This document shows, piece after piece, positions 1-13,824 of a stretch of DNA of 64,000 nucleotides. This DNA is from Octopus vulgaris (lineage: Eukaryota), in assembly GCA_951406725.2 (NCBI GenBank), contig OX597822.1:14136001-14200000 (forward strand). The letters run 5' to 3'. Numbering within the stretch: the first letter of the stretch is position 1; each line of letters begins with the position of its first letter. A program made the position numbers and the translations under genes. The notes beneath the pieces are model-generated. The model ran no database searches and was not told where the DNA came from. It saw only the letters and a program-made list of their open reading frames with translations.

Positions 1-484
1 CCAAAAGGCTATAGCAGAAGACACTTGTCCAAGGTGCCACACAATGGGACAGAACCCAGAACCCTGTGGCTGCAAATCAAACTACAAAATCATTGTACAG
101 TAGATTATCACACTCTAAAATATATGATAAATGATATCAGAGCACTGCCATGCTATTATTTACATGACAGCTAAAAGAATAAATGGTAAAAGTTTTAAGA
201 ATAAATACGAGCAAGTTCACTGTGCTGGGGAAGAATTAATGGAATATGATTCTTGCAAGATTTTGCTAGAACACAGCTAATGATAACTAAACAATGAATT
301 TTATTAATCATCTCAAAGATATAATGCAAAACTTTGTTTAACTTTAATCTTTAGTTATTTCGAAAACATGCCAAAATAAATCATAAATTATGCAATCAGG
401 CAACTAACACTCACTCTGCAGAATTACTGGCATTCTTCCAGAACTTGAAACCATTATTATTATTATTATTATCATCTTAATATA

Positions 485-675
485 AGGCAGTGAGCTGGCA
501 GAATTGCTAAAGTACTTAGCAGCATTTCATCCATTTTTTAATGTTCTGAGTTCAAATTCTGCCGAGGTTGACTTTGCCTTTCATCCTTTCAGGGTTGATA
601 CAATAAACCCCAAAGAAACACTGGGGCTGATATAATTGGCTGACCCCTTTTCCACAAAATTTAAGGCCTTGTACT
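485..675 (+). mobile_element. tRNA-derived SINE, Meta-domain-like family (diverged copy)
   Basis: GGCAGTGAGCTGGCAGAA (A-box-like), GAGTTCAAATTC (B-box-like), then GTTGACTTTGCCTTTCATCCTTTCAGGGTTGAT, which resembles the MetaSINE central domain. Many sister copies occur in the window. Confidence 0.75.
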
Positions 676-680
676 TTATC

Positions 681-951
681 ACTCTTTTACTTGTTTCAGT
701 CATTTGACTGCGGCCATGCTGGAGTGCCGCCTTCAGTCGAACAAATCGACCTCAGGATTTATTCTTTGTAAGCCTAGTATTTATTCTAATGATCTATTTT
801 GCTGAACCGCTAATTTATGGGGATGTAAACATACTAACATTGGTTGACAAGCGATGGTGGGCGGGGACAAACACAGACACACAAAGGCATACATACACAC
901 ATATACATATATATATATATATATACATATATATATGCACACACACACACA

Positions 952-994
<43 letters not shown>

Positions 995-1156
995 CAGGCT
1001 TCTTTCAGTTTCCATCTACCAAATCCATTCACAAGGTTTTGGTCGGCCCGAGGCTATAGTAGAAGACACTTGCCCAAGGTGTCATGCAGTGGGGCTGAAC
1101 CCAGAACCATCTGGTTGAGAAGCAAGCTTCTTACCATACAGCCCCTCCTGCACCTA
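681..1156 (-). mobile_element. Abundant bipartite tRNA-derived SINE (head, (TA)n/(TG)n spacer, 3' module)
   Basis: Reverse complement of the family seen at 7033-7420, 54278-54737 and 63426-63824. Confidence 0.85.
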
Positions 1157-1791
1157 TAGTTGTGTTGTGTTTGATGCTCCCAGGTGAGAAGAGGGTTGGT
1201 CCACCACTAATAAATAGTGGACTGACACAGTCACTAGTGTCAGTGAATATGCTGCTCAGGCCAGTCCTGCACAGATGACGAGATACATCGTCATAATGCG
1301 GGACATATCATGTTGAAAGGATTATCATCTTAGTAAAATTTTGTGGCATTATTATTGGGTCAGTAAGGGTGGCACAGATGGTAATGTACTGAGTAGTAAT
1401 TTATTTTCATAGATTAATGACTGAGTTCAAATCCTGCCTGTGAGTTTCAGCATTGAATTTCAACCCATCATTGGTCTGCAGGAAATATTTATTACATTCA
1501 GTTCCATAGGCTACATCTACTCCAACACATCATCTATACCTGTGTAGGTAGAAGATATATTGGTTTCAAATTTTGGCACAAGGCCAGCAATTTCGGGGAC
1601 AGACGCAAGTCAATTACATTGACTCCCTGGTCCTCAAATGATAGTTTTTTTTATCGACCCAGAAAAGATGGAAGGCAAAGATGACCTTGGCAGAATTTGA
1701 ACTCCGAACATAAGGATGGATGAAATTCCGCATGTTGCCTGCCATGCTAACAATTCTGCCCAGCTCACCACTGTTGGTAGATGTTATATTC

Positions 1792-2162
1792 ATCATCATC
1801 ATCATCATCGTTTAGCATCTGCTTTCCATGCTGGCATGGGTTGGACGGTTTAACTGAGGGCTGGCAAGCCAAGAGGCTGCACCTGTCTCCAATCTGATCT
1901 GGCAATGTTTCTACAGTTGGATGACCCTCCTAATGCCAACCACTCTGAGAGTGTAGTGGGTGATTTTTACATGCCACCGGCACAAAGGCCAGTCAGGCAG
2001 TACTGGCATCAACCACACTCGAATGGTGCTTTTTACGTGCCGCTGGTATGGAAGCCAGTCAGGTAGTACTGGCAATGACCACACTTGAATGGCGCATTTT
2101 ACATGCCACTGGTATGGGAGCCAGTCAGCCAGTACTGGCATTGCCCACGTTCAAATGGTGTT
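1792..2162 (-). mobile_element. SINE/LINE-tail element with (GAT)n 3' tail and internal ~65-bp tandem units
   Basis: (CAT)n followed by CGTTTAGCATCTG...GGATGACCCTCCTAATGCCAACC and repeated ...GCCAGTCAGG..GTACTGGCA units. Related copies at 8145-8580, 9335-9612, 20385-20705 (+) and 21415-21665 (+). Confidence 0.65.
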
Positions 2163-2630
2163 TCTTATATTATGCAACATAAATCCATACAGAGTCAAAG
2201 GGTCACCAACTGACCAGGGTACACTAAAAGCCAAGGAACTTAGTGAGCAAAAAACCAGACTTTACGTTTATTGTATCGGAGAGGTTGATAATGAGTGCAA
2301 GATAAATGGTTTATAACACAATTAGTACAAGATAAATCATGAAGATTACTACAATTAAATTATGATAGCATAAATGATATAGGATATATTGCTGTGGGTG
2401 GGATGGAGTGGGGGAGAGTTGATGAGAAATGATATGGTTTATGGAATAACTATCAGAGTGTAAACTGTAAGGATTTTAATACTTTAACTGTAATAGTGTA
2501 ACTGATATGGGTTATTTAGTGAAGAACTGATAAAGTGATATCACATGGAATATTTAAAACCAGCTAATCCTCTTATCTACTGGATGCTTGTATATACATA
2601 CATACATATACACATATGCATACATGCATA

Positions 2631-2672
<42 letters not shown>

Positions 2673-2933
2673 CACACGGACACATAATACACAGAGATGC
2701 ACAGGTATACATATATATATAGGTATATAGATAGATAGATGCATGCATATATATAAATATATGTACATATAAATATAAATATATTTACACCAAACTACTT
2801 ACATACATACATATATACATTACACATACAAATGCATACATACATACCTATATATATACTCACACACACACACATAATACACAAAGATGCACACATATGT
2901 GTATATATACAGGTACATAAATACATAGATGCA

Positions 2934-2979
<46 letters not shown>

Positions 2980-3041
2980 CATGTGTATATGTATATGTAT
3001 ATATATATATGTGTGTGTGTGTATATATGTATATATATATA

Positions 3042-3262
3042 CATGATAGATCGTTAGCCTCTACACACATTGTAGCCATGATAGATCATTAGCCACTACA
3101 CACATTTTTTTTCTCTCCTTGTTTTCTGTGTCCCTTTCTGTAGAAGAGCGTAGGCTCGAGACGTAAAAGACTTTTTCTATTCCTGAGCATTATACTAATA
3201 CATCTGTTTGTTTTGTACACCACCTGCCATCGTCTTTTGTTGTTTTTTTCGTAAACTCTCCC
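3042..3262 (+). mobile_element. Short non-autonomous element with variant minimal hammerhead motif (copy 1 of 3)
   Basis: Near-identical to 23493-23671 and 59887-60071. The first ~30 nt are duplicated in tandem (3042 and 3077). Contains CTTT-CTGTAGA-A-GAGC-GTAG-GCTC-GAGAC-GTA-AAAG and is followed by (TA)n. Confidence 0.65.
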
Positions 3263-3266
3263 TATA

Positions 3267-3313
<47 letters not shown>

Positions 3314-4097
3314 TCTATATATATAAAACTCAACTTGTGTGTCTGTGTGTGTATCTGTGTGTTTATCTGTGTGTATGTCTGTGTGTTTAACTTCCCGGCA
3401 CATCTCCTCCTAGCCAACAAATCATAGAACCAAAAATGGGTCACTTAAAGTTTAGGCGAATGAAAATGGAACTGCGCTATTTCTGTTCCGAAATTCATTT
3501 CACAAGTGCAAAAATCGATAATGTGTTTGTTTAGGCCTTATCCCATGCATTGAATAGTGAACTTTACTCAGTCAGCTGTTTGACATGAACTGTGTTCACC
3601 ACGCGTGCAAGCATGCGTAAATTGCATGAAAAATTAAAAAATCAAGATATAAAAACGAATCACCATAAACATTGTAGAAATTCGAAAAGAAATGAATTTT
3701 CGGGATGTAGCCTGGAGGGTTTTTTCATATTAATCGTTTGGACTTTGTGAACACATACCAATTGTTTTCATAACATTTTTAATGCTTTGAATTAAATGTG
3801 ACCATTTTGCGTTGAGTCTGCAGTTTGAATCACTTTAACCAAATATTAGCAGGCCAGATTTTTGATCATCACGATACATCACCAGTGACTCCCTGAAACT
3901 CTCCCCTGAAATCCCCGTTGAGAAATACTGATCTAAAAGAATAATTCAACAATGCAATTATTTGATCAACAAAAATTTATGAAACACTTCTACGTACTTC
4001 CTATTGAGGAAATGGAATACATAAGCGCAAAAATAGAGGGCATTAAATGCTTGATTTTAAAACCAAAATAATTGAATTTTGATTGAACTTCATCCAA
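3314..4097 (+). mobile_element. Non-autonomous Helitron, 3'-truncated copy
   Basis: Starts TCTATATATATAAAACTCAAC and is highly similar to 14576-15424, but stops at ...GAACTTCATCCAA, about 60 nt before the CTAG terminus. Confidence 0.75.
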
Positions 4098-5700
4098 CGA
4101 CCTCACAGGTTGTATAGTGGGTGGTATGGATGTAATTTCACTCTAACCATCTATAGACATCGATTTTGCTGTGGAAAAATGCATTGACATTATCTGTGAG
4201 AGTGAGGTAGAGTTCTGCAAAGTCATCACAAGGGAACAGAGCCTCCTCCTTAAATTGAGTTATGACTGTAACTACCTAGACAGTCATGACCTTAGTAGAT
4301 TCTCCCCCACCAGGTCACAAAGGGGAAGACCACCCACCATCTCCTTGGCAGTGAAGAAAAGCACTGCAGAGCATTGGAGTGACTGGACCATAACCAACCA
4401 GGACCTTGAGGACAACATTCAGGGGAAAAGAATAATTGCACATGCAATAGGAGCAAGCAGAGGAACTACCTTGAAGAACCACAGTAAAATTTAACAGGAA
4501 ACTATACATGCAGGTTCATGTTGCAGCCATTGGTGTCAGTGTGGCTGGTCTCTTCATGACCCAGGGAGACAGAAAACTTAAACAACCCTTAGCTGAACAA
4601 TCCACAACTGTTTTGCTTTACTGTAGGGTTGTAGATGACATTAATATTCTAGTTAGGACAAACTCTGGTAACAGTAGTGTAGAAATGGAGAGGAGTATGA
4701 TGGAGCGCACCCAGCACATAGCTAACTCCTTCCACCAAAGTATCAAGGTAACTATAGATTACCCCACTAAACACCCTAACAATAGACTCCCTGTCCTTTA
4801 TACAGAACTTTGGTTAGAGACTGTGAACAACAGAGTGCAGCTCCTCTACTCCTATTACATGAAACCATAGCTTCTAAATATGTTGTCCACAAGAACTCAG
4901 CCTTGTCACACAACATGAAAATCAACATACTGGTAGCAGACCTAGTTAGGATAATGAACAACATGTCCCCACTATGCAAACCCTATGAAACAAAGAAACG
5001 TAGAGAACTTCATGTACCACATGCAATCCTCTGGATATGATCAGAAAGATAGGGTTCGGGTATACAGGGGTGTATACCCGTTAGATAGCATAATATGTAA
5101 TGAAGCCAGTGGTACCTGTCCTTGATACAGAAGTAAAGACTGGAATAGGATACAGAGAGCAAATAGGATGAACACATGGTACAAGACCAACAAATATCAA
5201 AAGTGATGTTTGTAGAGGCCAGAACCCATGGAGAACCAGCCCGTAGATTTAAGGAGGCCAAACTCAACATTAAGATCGTTGGAAAGCCAGGGAGATCCAT
5301 CAGATCATAACTATGTAGGACGTACCCCTTTGAGAATACCCTATGCACCAATGATAACTGCATGGTATGTAAAGTTACCTCTGGCATTCACTGTAGAGCT
5401 AGAAATGTAGTCTACAGCATAAGGTGCATAGAGGTTGCTTGTAAAGACAAGAACATGATATACATTGGGGAGACATCTAGAAACATTGCAGAGAGACTAA
5501 ATGAACATTTGAGACACTATGAAGACAAAAATCTGTTCTCTATACTCTACCAACATGCCAAAGACCAACATGGAAGCACATTGGGTCGACTTGACATCCG
5601 TATTTTATTCAAGCATCTGAAGGACCCAACACTCAGACAAATACAAGAGTACGTCCTCATTAATGAGACATCACCAGTACTGAATAGGAGATATACATAG
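4098..5700 (+). pseudogene. Decayed Penelope-like retroelement (RT plus GIY-YIG endonuclease)
   Basis: Frameshifted RT motifs GMDVISL*PSID, KFNRKLYMQVHVAAIG, YCRVVDDINIL, IKVTID..LPVL and YSYYMKP. A Cys-rich linker CTNDNCMVC...IHC precedes the GIY-YIG domain NVVYSIRC...YIGETSRNIAERLNEH...RQIQE...PVLN (ORF 5362-5700). Confidence 0.88.
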
Positions 5701-6442
5701 AAGGTAGTGATACCCCAATATACACAGTTTATATATACAGAGGTAGATTTGTTAGTAGGCTGTTATGTAGACATATATACATATATATATAAGTAGGTAA
5801 ATGGATATGTAAGTAGATAGGTGCATTGGTAATACGAACAGACACGCGCACACATATACATGCACAAAAGGAGACTGAAACACATGACCATATACACACA
5901 CACACTCACACAAGAACACATATGGAGACACATCCATAAATAACAGATGCACATACATAATCACACAAACACATACACATAGACACACTCAAACATGCAC
6001 ACACAAGGAGACAGAGGTACACACACAAATACACATGCACAAACATACTAATATGAACATACAAGCAGAGGAATATACAGAATATACACATACAAACGTA
6101 CACACAATCAAACACGCACACACATATATATATGCATGCACACACATGCATACAAACAAACAAACAAAAAGAACACAGCTCCGTTAACAGAGTCAGCAAG
6201 TATTGAAGAGGTTTCAAAAAGCAACAAAAATCGTAGAAAAAGTAAATGAGTGGAAAATGAACCAGTGAGTGTGTTAATTAATTAGGCATTAAGACAGAAT
6301 GACTCTCCCCAGACACAATAACACGCACAGACACATAAATTAAAGACTAAGGATAGAAATTAGCATTATTAATTAATCTTAATTTAATCTGGTGGCCAGC
6401 ATATGTAAAAAAAATGTCCAAGAACTGCAAATTATATTCAAA

Positions 6443-6831
6443 CTAGCAGTATCGCCCGGCATTGCTCGGGTTTGTAAGGGAAATAACTATATAAGCATTT
6501 TTAGAGATGTAAAGTATAATAGCCATCTCAATATGGCTAACCACAAAGTGTTACTGTAGCTTTTTACGTTCTGAGATTTAATAATAAATTTTTAGAGAGT
6601 TACTTCCCTTATATATGCCAAAACTGCATTAAAAATGGGAAAAATTGATAGTAAATTTTTTAAAAATCGTAGACTCATTGTAGACGTGTGCTAATACCCA
6701 GAAGGGCTCGATATGAATCACGACTATAAGATACCCGGTTTTGGTTAAACTGCACCGCAAAATGTGGGAGTAGTTAGGAATCTAAATCGTAGGAGGCAGA
6801 CAGTACACAACCTCACTTTTATATATAAAGA
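6443..6831 (-). mobile_element. Non-autonomous Helitron (~390 bp, both termini present)
   Basis: Minus strand begins A|TCTTTATATATAAAAG and ends CCCGAGCAATGCCGGGCGATACTGCTAG|T: subterminal GC hairpin, CTAG end, A|T target and no TSD. Confidence 0.8.
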
Positions 6832-7032
6832 TATATAAATAACAGGAAAGACCACTAAGTGGATTCCTCAAGGAGTGACAGATAATTCTTTAATTATGGT
6901 GAAACTTCGAAGAATGCAATTAACTGTTAATTTTATTTTCCTTTCATTTGTCTTGCTCGCAAACATCTAGTACATTGCTAATTTGAGAACACCTTTTATG
7001 TGGTAGGATGATTTGGCATCTATCTTCAGCAT

Positions 7033-7420
7033 ACAGGAGTGGCTGTGTGGTAAGTAGCTTGCTTACATACCACACGGTTCCGGGTTCTGTCCCACTGCAT
7101 GGCACTTTGGGCAAGTGTCTTTTACTATAGCCTCAGGCTGACCAAAGCCTTGTGAGTGGATTTGGTAGACGGAAACTGAAAGAAGCCTGTCGTATATATG
7201 TATATGTATATATATGCGTGTGTCTGTGTTTGTCCCCCCAACATCGCTTGACAACCGATGCTGGTGTGTTTACGTTCCCGTAACTTAGCGGTTCAGCAAA
7301 AGAGACCTATATATTAAGTACTAGGCTTACAAAGAATAAGTCTGGGATTGATTTGCTGAACTAAAGGCGGTGCTCCAGCATGGCCACAGTCAAATGACTG
7401 AAACAAGTAAAGAGTAAAGA
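7033..7420 (+). mobile_element. Bipartite tRNA-derived SINE
   Basis: CAGGAGTGGCTGTGTGGTAAG (A box), GGGTTCTGTCCC (B-box-like), TTGGGCAAGT, a microsatellite spacer, then a 3' module ending GACTGAAACAAGTAAAGAG. Confidence 0.85.
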
Positions 7421-8144
7421 GTATACAAGGAATCCACTTGGTGGTCTTTCCTTTCATTTATATATTTGTATATATACATATATATATATAGGCTTATATA
7501 TATAAATATGTATATTTATTAACGGCAGAGAGAGTGTTAATACCTAAGTGTGGATGTTTTGTTGGAACAAACTATATAATGTTAGTTACTACGAGAGAAA
7601 CTCTCATATTAGCTTTTTGGTACAAAATGCACATATTTTTATATATTACTAGCAGAGGGATAAATTCCTGCCATCTCCAGCACTGAGACTACCAGATCAC
7701 ATGATTTTGACCTTCTCTGGACTTGTCAATGATGGATATTAGACTACTAGAAATAGCAGAAAGACATCTCCCACCAGCGATATAAAGAAAGGCAGGGCCA
7801 GAACAGGCACTGGAGTCGCGATTAGCCAGTGAGCATGTTTAAAAAAATCTATTTGTCACAAAGGCAGTGTTAATAATGAGAGGTGATATTTATCCTCATT
7901 TCCTCCTTTTTTTTTTTCTATTATTTCTTTCAGTCATTTGACTGTGGCCATGCTGGAGCAGCGCCTTTTGTTGAGAAAATCGACACCAGGACTTATTTTT
8001 ACTAAGCCTAGTACTTATTCTATCTGCCTCTCTTGCCAAACTGCTAAGTGATGGGGATGTAAATACACCAGCATCGGTTGTCAAGCAATGTTGGGGGAAC
8101 AAACACAAACACACAAACATATACATATACATATATATATATAT

Positions 8145-8580
8145 CATCATCATCATTGTTTAACATCCGTTTTCCGCGCTAGCACGGGTTGGACAGTTCG
8201 ACCGGGGTCTGGGAAGCCAGGGCTGCACCAGGCTCCAGTCTGATCTGGCAGTGTTTCTACACCTGGATGCCCTTCCTAACGCCAACCAATCCGCGAGTGT
8301 AGTGGGCGCTTTTTACGTGCCACCTGCACAGGTGCCAGGGGGGGGGTCTGGCATCGGCCACGATCGGTTGGTGCTTTTAACGTGCCACCGGCACGGAAGC
8401 CAGCCAAGGCGGCGCTGGCATCGGCCACGTTCGGATGGTGCTTTATGTGCCACCGGCACAGAAGCCAGTCGAGGCGGCGCTGGCATCGGCCACGTTCGGA
8501 TGGTGCTTTTTATGTGCCACCGGCACAGAAGCCAGTCGAGGCGGCGCTGGCATCGGCCACGTTCGGATGGTGCTTTTTAT
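8145..8580 (-). repeat. (GAT)n-tailed element with ~65-67-bp internal tandem repeat (about 4 units)
   Basis: GGCATCGGCCACG recurs at ~8350, 8417, 8482 and 8549. Confidence 0.75.
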
Positions 8581-9290
8581 GTATATATATATATATATAT
8601 ATATACGATGGACTTCTTTCAGTTTCCATCTACTAAATTCACTCAGAAGGCTTTGATCAGCCCAAGACTATACTAGAAGACACTTGGCCAAGGTGTCACG
8701 CAGTGAGATTGAACCCAGAACTATGTGGTTGGTAAGCAAGCTACTTACCACACAGCCACTTATTGAAACAATCTATACTGCAGTAATTACCACGATGGCT
8801 TCTGCACTGGAAATGGTGGCAAAAGAAACCCATTGTTTGTAGGGACCTCGCTTCACCCTGCCTAAGATTTGAAACCAAATCTACCTGCTTGTTGCTTGTC
8901 GAAACAAGTGGTAAAATCCTCTCCACCCCAATTCATTGATGAAGAAGCACTTGACCCCCTAGGACCTGTGCTGGTCATTAAAAACTCACCAATCATTGTT
9001 TCAATTGAGAGGACAAAGATGTTTTTCCACTGCAAACTGATTTGGTGGGCGAAAGTGCAACCAGTAATTCTGAGATGCGGCTTCAAATCTCAGGAAATAG
9101 AAATGATATTCATTCTTTATATGTGTGTGTGTGTGTTTGTGTAAATGTATTTATGTCTCTTTGTCTTGATAGCATAGAATAGTTGTAAATGAATGTCACT
9201 GTCATACAAGCAGTGTCATTTATTTCCAATCTTCTGCCAAAAGATGTCTGGCCATGAAGAAATATTAGTTTGTTTGAAAGCAGGGAAATG

Positions 9291-9337
<47 letters not shown>

Positions 9338-10219
9338 TCATCATCATCGTTTAACGTCTGTTTTCCATGCTAGCATGAGTTGGACAGTTCGACCGGGATT
9401 CCAGTCTGATCTTCCAGTGTTTCTAAAGCTGGATGCCCTGCCTAACACCAACCACTCCGTGAGTGTAGTGAGTACTTTTTACGTGCCAGGCAACGCTGGC
9501 AACAGCCACGATCGGTTGGTGGTTTTTACGTGCCACCGATATGGAAACCAGTCAAGGCGGTGCTGGCAACGGCCATGATCGGTTGGTGCTTCTTATGTGC
9601 CACCGGCACAGGGATAACAACTACAATTTCCATTGATTTTTGATGTTGATATACTTGACTCAATAGGTCTCCTCAAGCACAGGTTTGAAATGGTGTCTCT
9701 TTACTTGCCACCTGCACAGGAGTCAGTCCAGCGGCACTGGCAAGTCATCCCCACCATTGCTGGACAACTAATGTTGATGTGTTTATGTCCCCGTAACTTA
9801 GTGGTTCAGCAAAAGAGACCGACACAATAAGTACCAGGCTTACAAAGAATAATTCCTGGGGTCGATTAGTTTGACTAAAGGCAGTGCTCCAGCATGGCTG
9901 CAGTCAAATGACTGAAACAAGTAAAAGAATAAAAGAACATATATATATATATATATATATATATAAACATTATCATTTCCAATCCCTCAACGAGACACAT
10001 TCAGTAATGGTACTCTAAAGTAAAGATTATTTGCCAACATCATGTGGCAGTCCTGGTTGAGATGAATGGGCTAAATAACAGTAACATTTGTCTCAACCAG
10101 GACTGCCACATGATGCTGGCAAATAATATTTATTATATATATTTTGGCTGTGTGGCAAGTAGCTTGCTTACCAACCATATGGTCCTAGGTTCTGTCCCAC
10201 CACATGACACCTTGGGCAA

Positions 10220-10331
<112 letters not shown>

Positions 10332-10388
10332 CTATTTCTAAATTCGGTGTGTTGGTGAGGCAATTCGTTGCTAAACCCTTAATTACTT

Positions 10389-10504
<116 letters not shown>

Positions 10505-10746
10505 AAGTAAGTTAGGGATTGTGGATCCAACCCACTAAGGGATAATACTTATCCAATATACTGTTGGTATAATACCAAAATTATTAATATACAAGTGTTT
10601 TTAATTGCAATGCAATTAAGTCATTTATGGTATTAAATGGGTGAAGGTAAAGAGATATTTTATCATTAATTCATAATACAAATAAGAAAATAGAGAAACA
10701 ATTTAGTTGGTTTATCAGCTTTAGGATATTAGAATGTTGACTTAAG

Positions 10747-10793
<47 letters not shown>

Positions 10794-10898
10794 TAGATAG
10801 ATAGATAGATAGTTATAGATATATATACATATACATATATATACACACACATATATATATGTGTGTGTGTGTGTGTGTGTATGTGTGTATGTGCGTGT

Positions 10899-11150
10899 GT
10901 GGAGGCACGTGGCTTAGTGGTTAGGATGTCAGCATCATGATCGTAAGATTGTGGTTTCAATTCCTGGACCAGGCGACGCATTATGTTCTTGAGCAAAACA
11001 CTTCATTTCACATTACTCCAGTCCACTCAACAGGCAAAAATGAGTAACGCTGCGATGGACTGGTGTCCTGTCCAGCTGGGGAACACATACACCATAGAAA
11101 CCGGGAAACCGGGCCCATGAGCCTGGCTAGGCTTTAAAAGGGCACATTTA
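10899..11150 (+). mobile_element. tRNA-derived SINE with V-domain-like core
   Basis: TGGCTTAGTGG A box and GGTTTCAATTCC B box, then CCAGTCCACTCA...GCGATGGACTGG.GTCCTGTCCAG. Related diverged copy at ~49005-49190. Confidence 0.65.
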
Positions 11151-11724
11151 TTTTATTATATATATATATGCATATGTATGTATATATAGAGAGAAGGGAG
11201 TGAGAGAGAGAGAGAGAGAGAGGGAGGGAGAGAGAGAGAGACAAGGGGAGAGAGAGAGAGACAAGGGGAGAGAGAGAGAGAGAGGTTTCCACTTCATGTT
11301 TATCTAAACTTAAACTAAATTTTTCTTAGTCTTTGTATATAATAATCATAATGAATTGAAGTGAACACTCAAAACACATGAATACACACACACACACATT
11401 GCATCACACTCAGACACACCCACAGGCATACGCCTTAATGACTGTTTATGAAACAATGTGCAGCATCTGTTTACATGTTTTAACAGAACTGAAGTTCTAG
11501 AAGCAACTAAAGCTGGAATTTTTGAAGAAACAGTTATGGAATGGAGGAGGCGGGGAAGGAGATTTGGTGGTGGTGGTGGTGGTGGTGGTGATGAGGTGTG
11601 TTTGTGCCAGAGATGACTCTCACCTTTGATCTAAGACTATCATGTGTCTAAAAGAGTAAAAAGATCTTGTGAAAAATTCAGAACACACTAAAGTGTTAGA
11701 GTGAGTTGGTGTATATGTGTGCAT

Positions 11725-11777
<53 letters not shown>

Positions 11778-11978
11778 TGTGCTTGTATATATGGCTGTGA
11801 GGTTAAGCAGCTTGCTTGGCAACCAAGTGATTTTGGATTCAGTTCCATTGCACAACACCTTAGGCAAGGGTCTTCTAATATAGCTCTAGGCTGACCAATG
11901 CCTTGTGAGTGAATTCGATAGACAGAACCCTTCAAACCAGTGCCTCAATAAAAGCTATATACATACATATATAGATAT

Positions 11979-12057
<79 letters not shown>

Positions 12058-13429
12058 CTGCATCAAATAGTGGGATTTAGGCTTGGGAGTTCCAGGTTTT
12101 CGATAAAAGTGGACCCACCTCTGAGCTACTAATGTTCCTAGGTCTGCTCAGACCCAGAGCAGCAGCACTTGTGAGGATCCCAACTATGGTTTCATTAGCA
12201 AGTAATGGAAAAAAATCTCTAAGCACAAGCACTCGTTTCCTCGTGAGTACCCTGGGAAAAGAAAAGGCTACAGCAGTGAACCCCAACAGAAAATCAGAGA
12301 GTAGAGTCTGGCTCAGGTTGTCTGATGACCTCCAGTGACTCCAGGGTTATGTGGAACAATTCACCTAAGAAAAAGTTACTCCAATGTAAAACTGACAGTT
12401 TGCTGATCAGCACAGCCATCTTATCCCACTGGGGTCAGATTTCCATGTTTAAAGAATTAAGTCGGATTACATGAACTAAGTCTCATCCCTGCAGATTCAA
12501 GAGATCAGTTTGCATGGCCACATGAAGATGTACTGCTCTTCCTCATAAACTTTGGATTCAAAGAAACTGTCTTCATCATCATCAACAACATTGCTTAAAT
12601 GTCAACTTTTACTGTGCTTGCCTGATTCAGATGGAATTTGTTATGGCAGATGTTTATGACCAGAAGCTGCCCTTCCTGTTGTCAATCCTCACTTGTTTAC
12701 AAGTAAAATAGTATTTCCCATGACCAGACATGTTTTCACGGAAGATTCAAAACAAACAACACCACCTTTATGACAGTGACTTTTGTTTACAACAATTGTG
12801 CAATGCCAAGGCAAGGAGACACCAACTTGTACACACATATATACATATGTACATGTGTGTATGTGTGTGTGTGTGTGTGTGCACGTGCACACATGCATAT
12901 GTATGTATGTATGTGTGTGTATGTGTGTGTGTGTGTGCATACATGTACACATATGTACATGTGTGGACGTTTATATTCTACACTGATCTAAGCTACAGAT
13001 GATGCCATTTTTCAATATTTCTTTCTCAGCAAATCACTGGGAGGCTGTGTGCTTTGGAAAAACCAATGGAGAAGAAAACACAATTATTTGAAAAACAGAT
13101 TAGGTATCATCTGATGAAATGAATCGATGGTGATGATGATCAACCAGGCTACACTACGGACTATACTGTAATCATCCCAAGGATACGGACTCTGATGTTA
13201 AAGTCATGTGATTTGTGGAAACCCGCATAGCGATGTATTGAATGCTTATGAATTCCATCCTGGTATTATTGTTATTATATTTATCCTCCATTATATTGGT
13301 GTAACGATGCTGCAACCCTGAGAAACAGACTCACACAAGCCAGTGTCATTAGATGGTATCTGGCATATTGAAATAAGAGCTTTATTTGCAAATGCTAAGC
13401 ATAAACGAATTTATGATATGTATATATAT

Positions 13430-13778
13430 CACAGTGACCACACAGTGACCGACCAGGCTATCAGATGTTTCTACACATCGCTGGTCACAATGTGCTTCAC
13501 ATTGTTTTAGCCTTCAAATGACGCCACCCGGCTAACAGACACCACCCGGTGTCAAATGACACCACCCGGCAAATGACACCAGCAGGCTAACAGAAGAAAG
13601 AGTGAGAGAAAGTTGTGGCGGAAGAGTACAGCAGGGATCGCCACCATCCCCTGCCGGAGCTTCGTGGACTTTTAGGTGTTTTCGCCCAATAAACATTCAC
13701 AACGCCCAGTCTGGGAATCGAAACCGTGATCCTACGACCACGAGTCTGCTGCCCAAACCACTGAGCCATTGCAACTCC

Positions 13779-13781
<3 letters not shown>
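13430..13781 (-). mobile_element. tRNA-derived SINE (distinct family)
   Basis: Minus strand starts GTGGAGTTGCAATGGCTCAGTGG...GGTTTCGATTCCC, matching Pol III A/B boxes. Confidence 0.7.
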
Positions 13782-13810
<29 letters not shown>

Positions 13811-13824
13811 TATTTTCTTTTATT

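Noticed and set aside
6170-6240. Expected hammerhead in the 3' pLTR of the Penelope remnant (TTGAAGAGG...)
   Set aside because: Too degenerate: no GAAA/helix arrangement can be drawn.
7033-7110. tRNA gene
   Set aside because: The A/B-box-like sequences belong to SINE heads, and no cloverleaf can be formed.
10350-10385. Hammerhead-like TTGGTGA-GGCAA-TTCG-TTGC-TAAAC
   Set aside because: Several core positions deviate and helices I and III are not evident.
12077-12338. Short unique-looking ORFs on both strands (also 8741-9144 and 62289-62471)
   Set aside because: They have no recognisable motifs or consistent splice signals, so an exon or TE call cannot be supported.
13128-13198. Possible C/D-box snoRNA (ATGATGA...CTGA)
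   Set aside because: There is no terminal stem or recognisable rRNA guide, the C box lies in a GAT microrepeat, and the strand is opposite to the inferred host gene.
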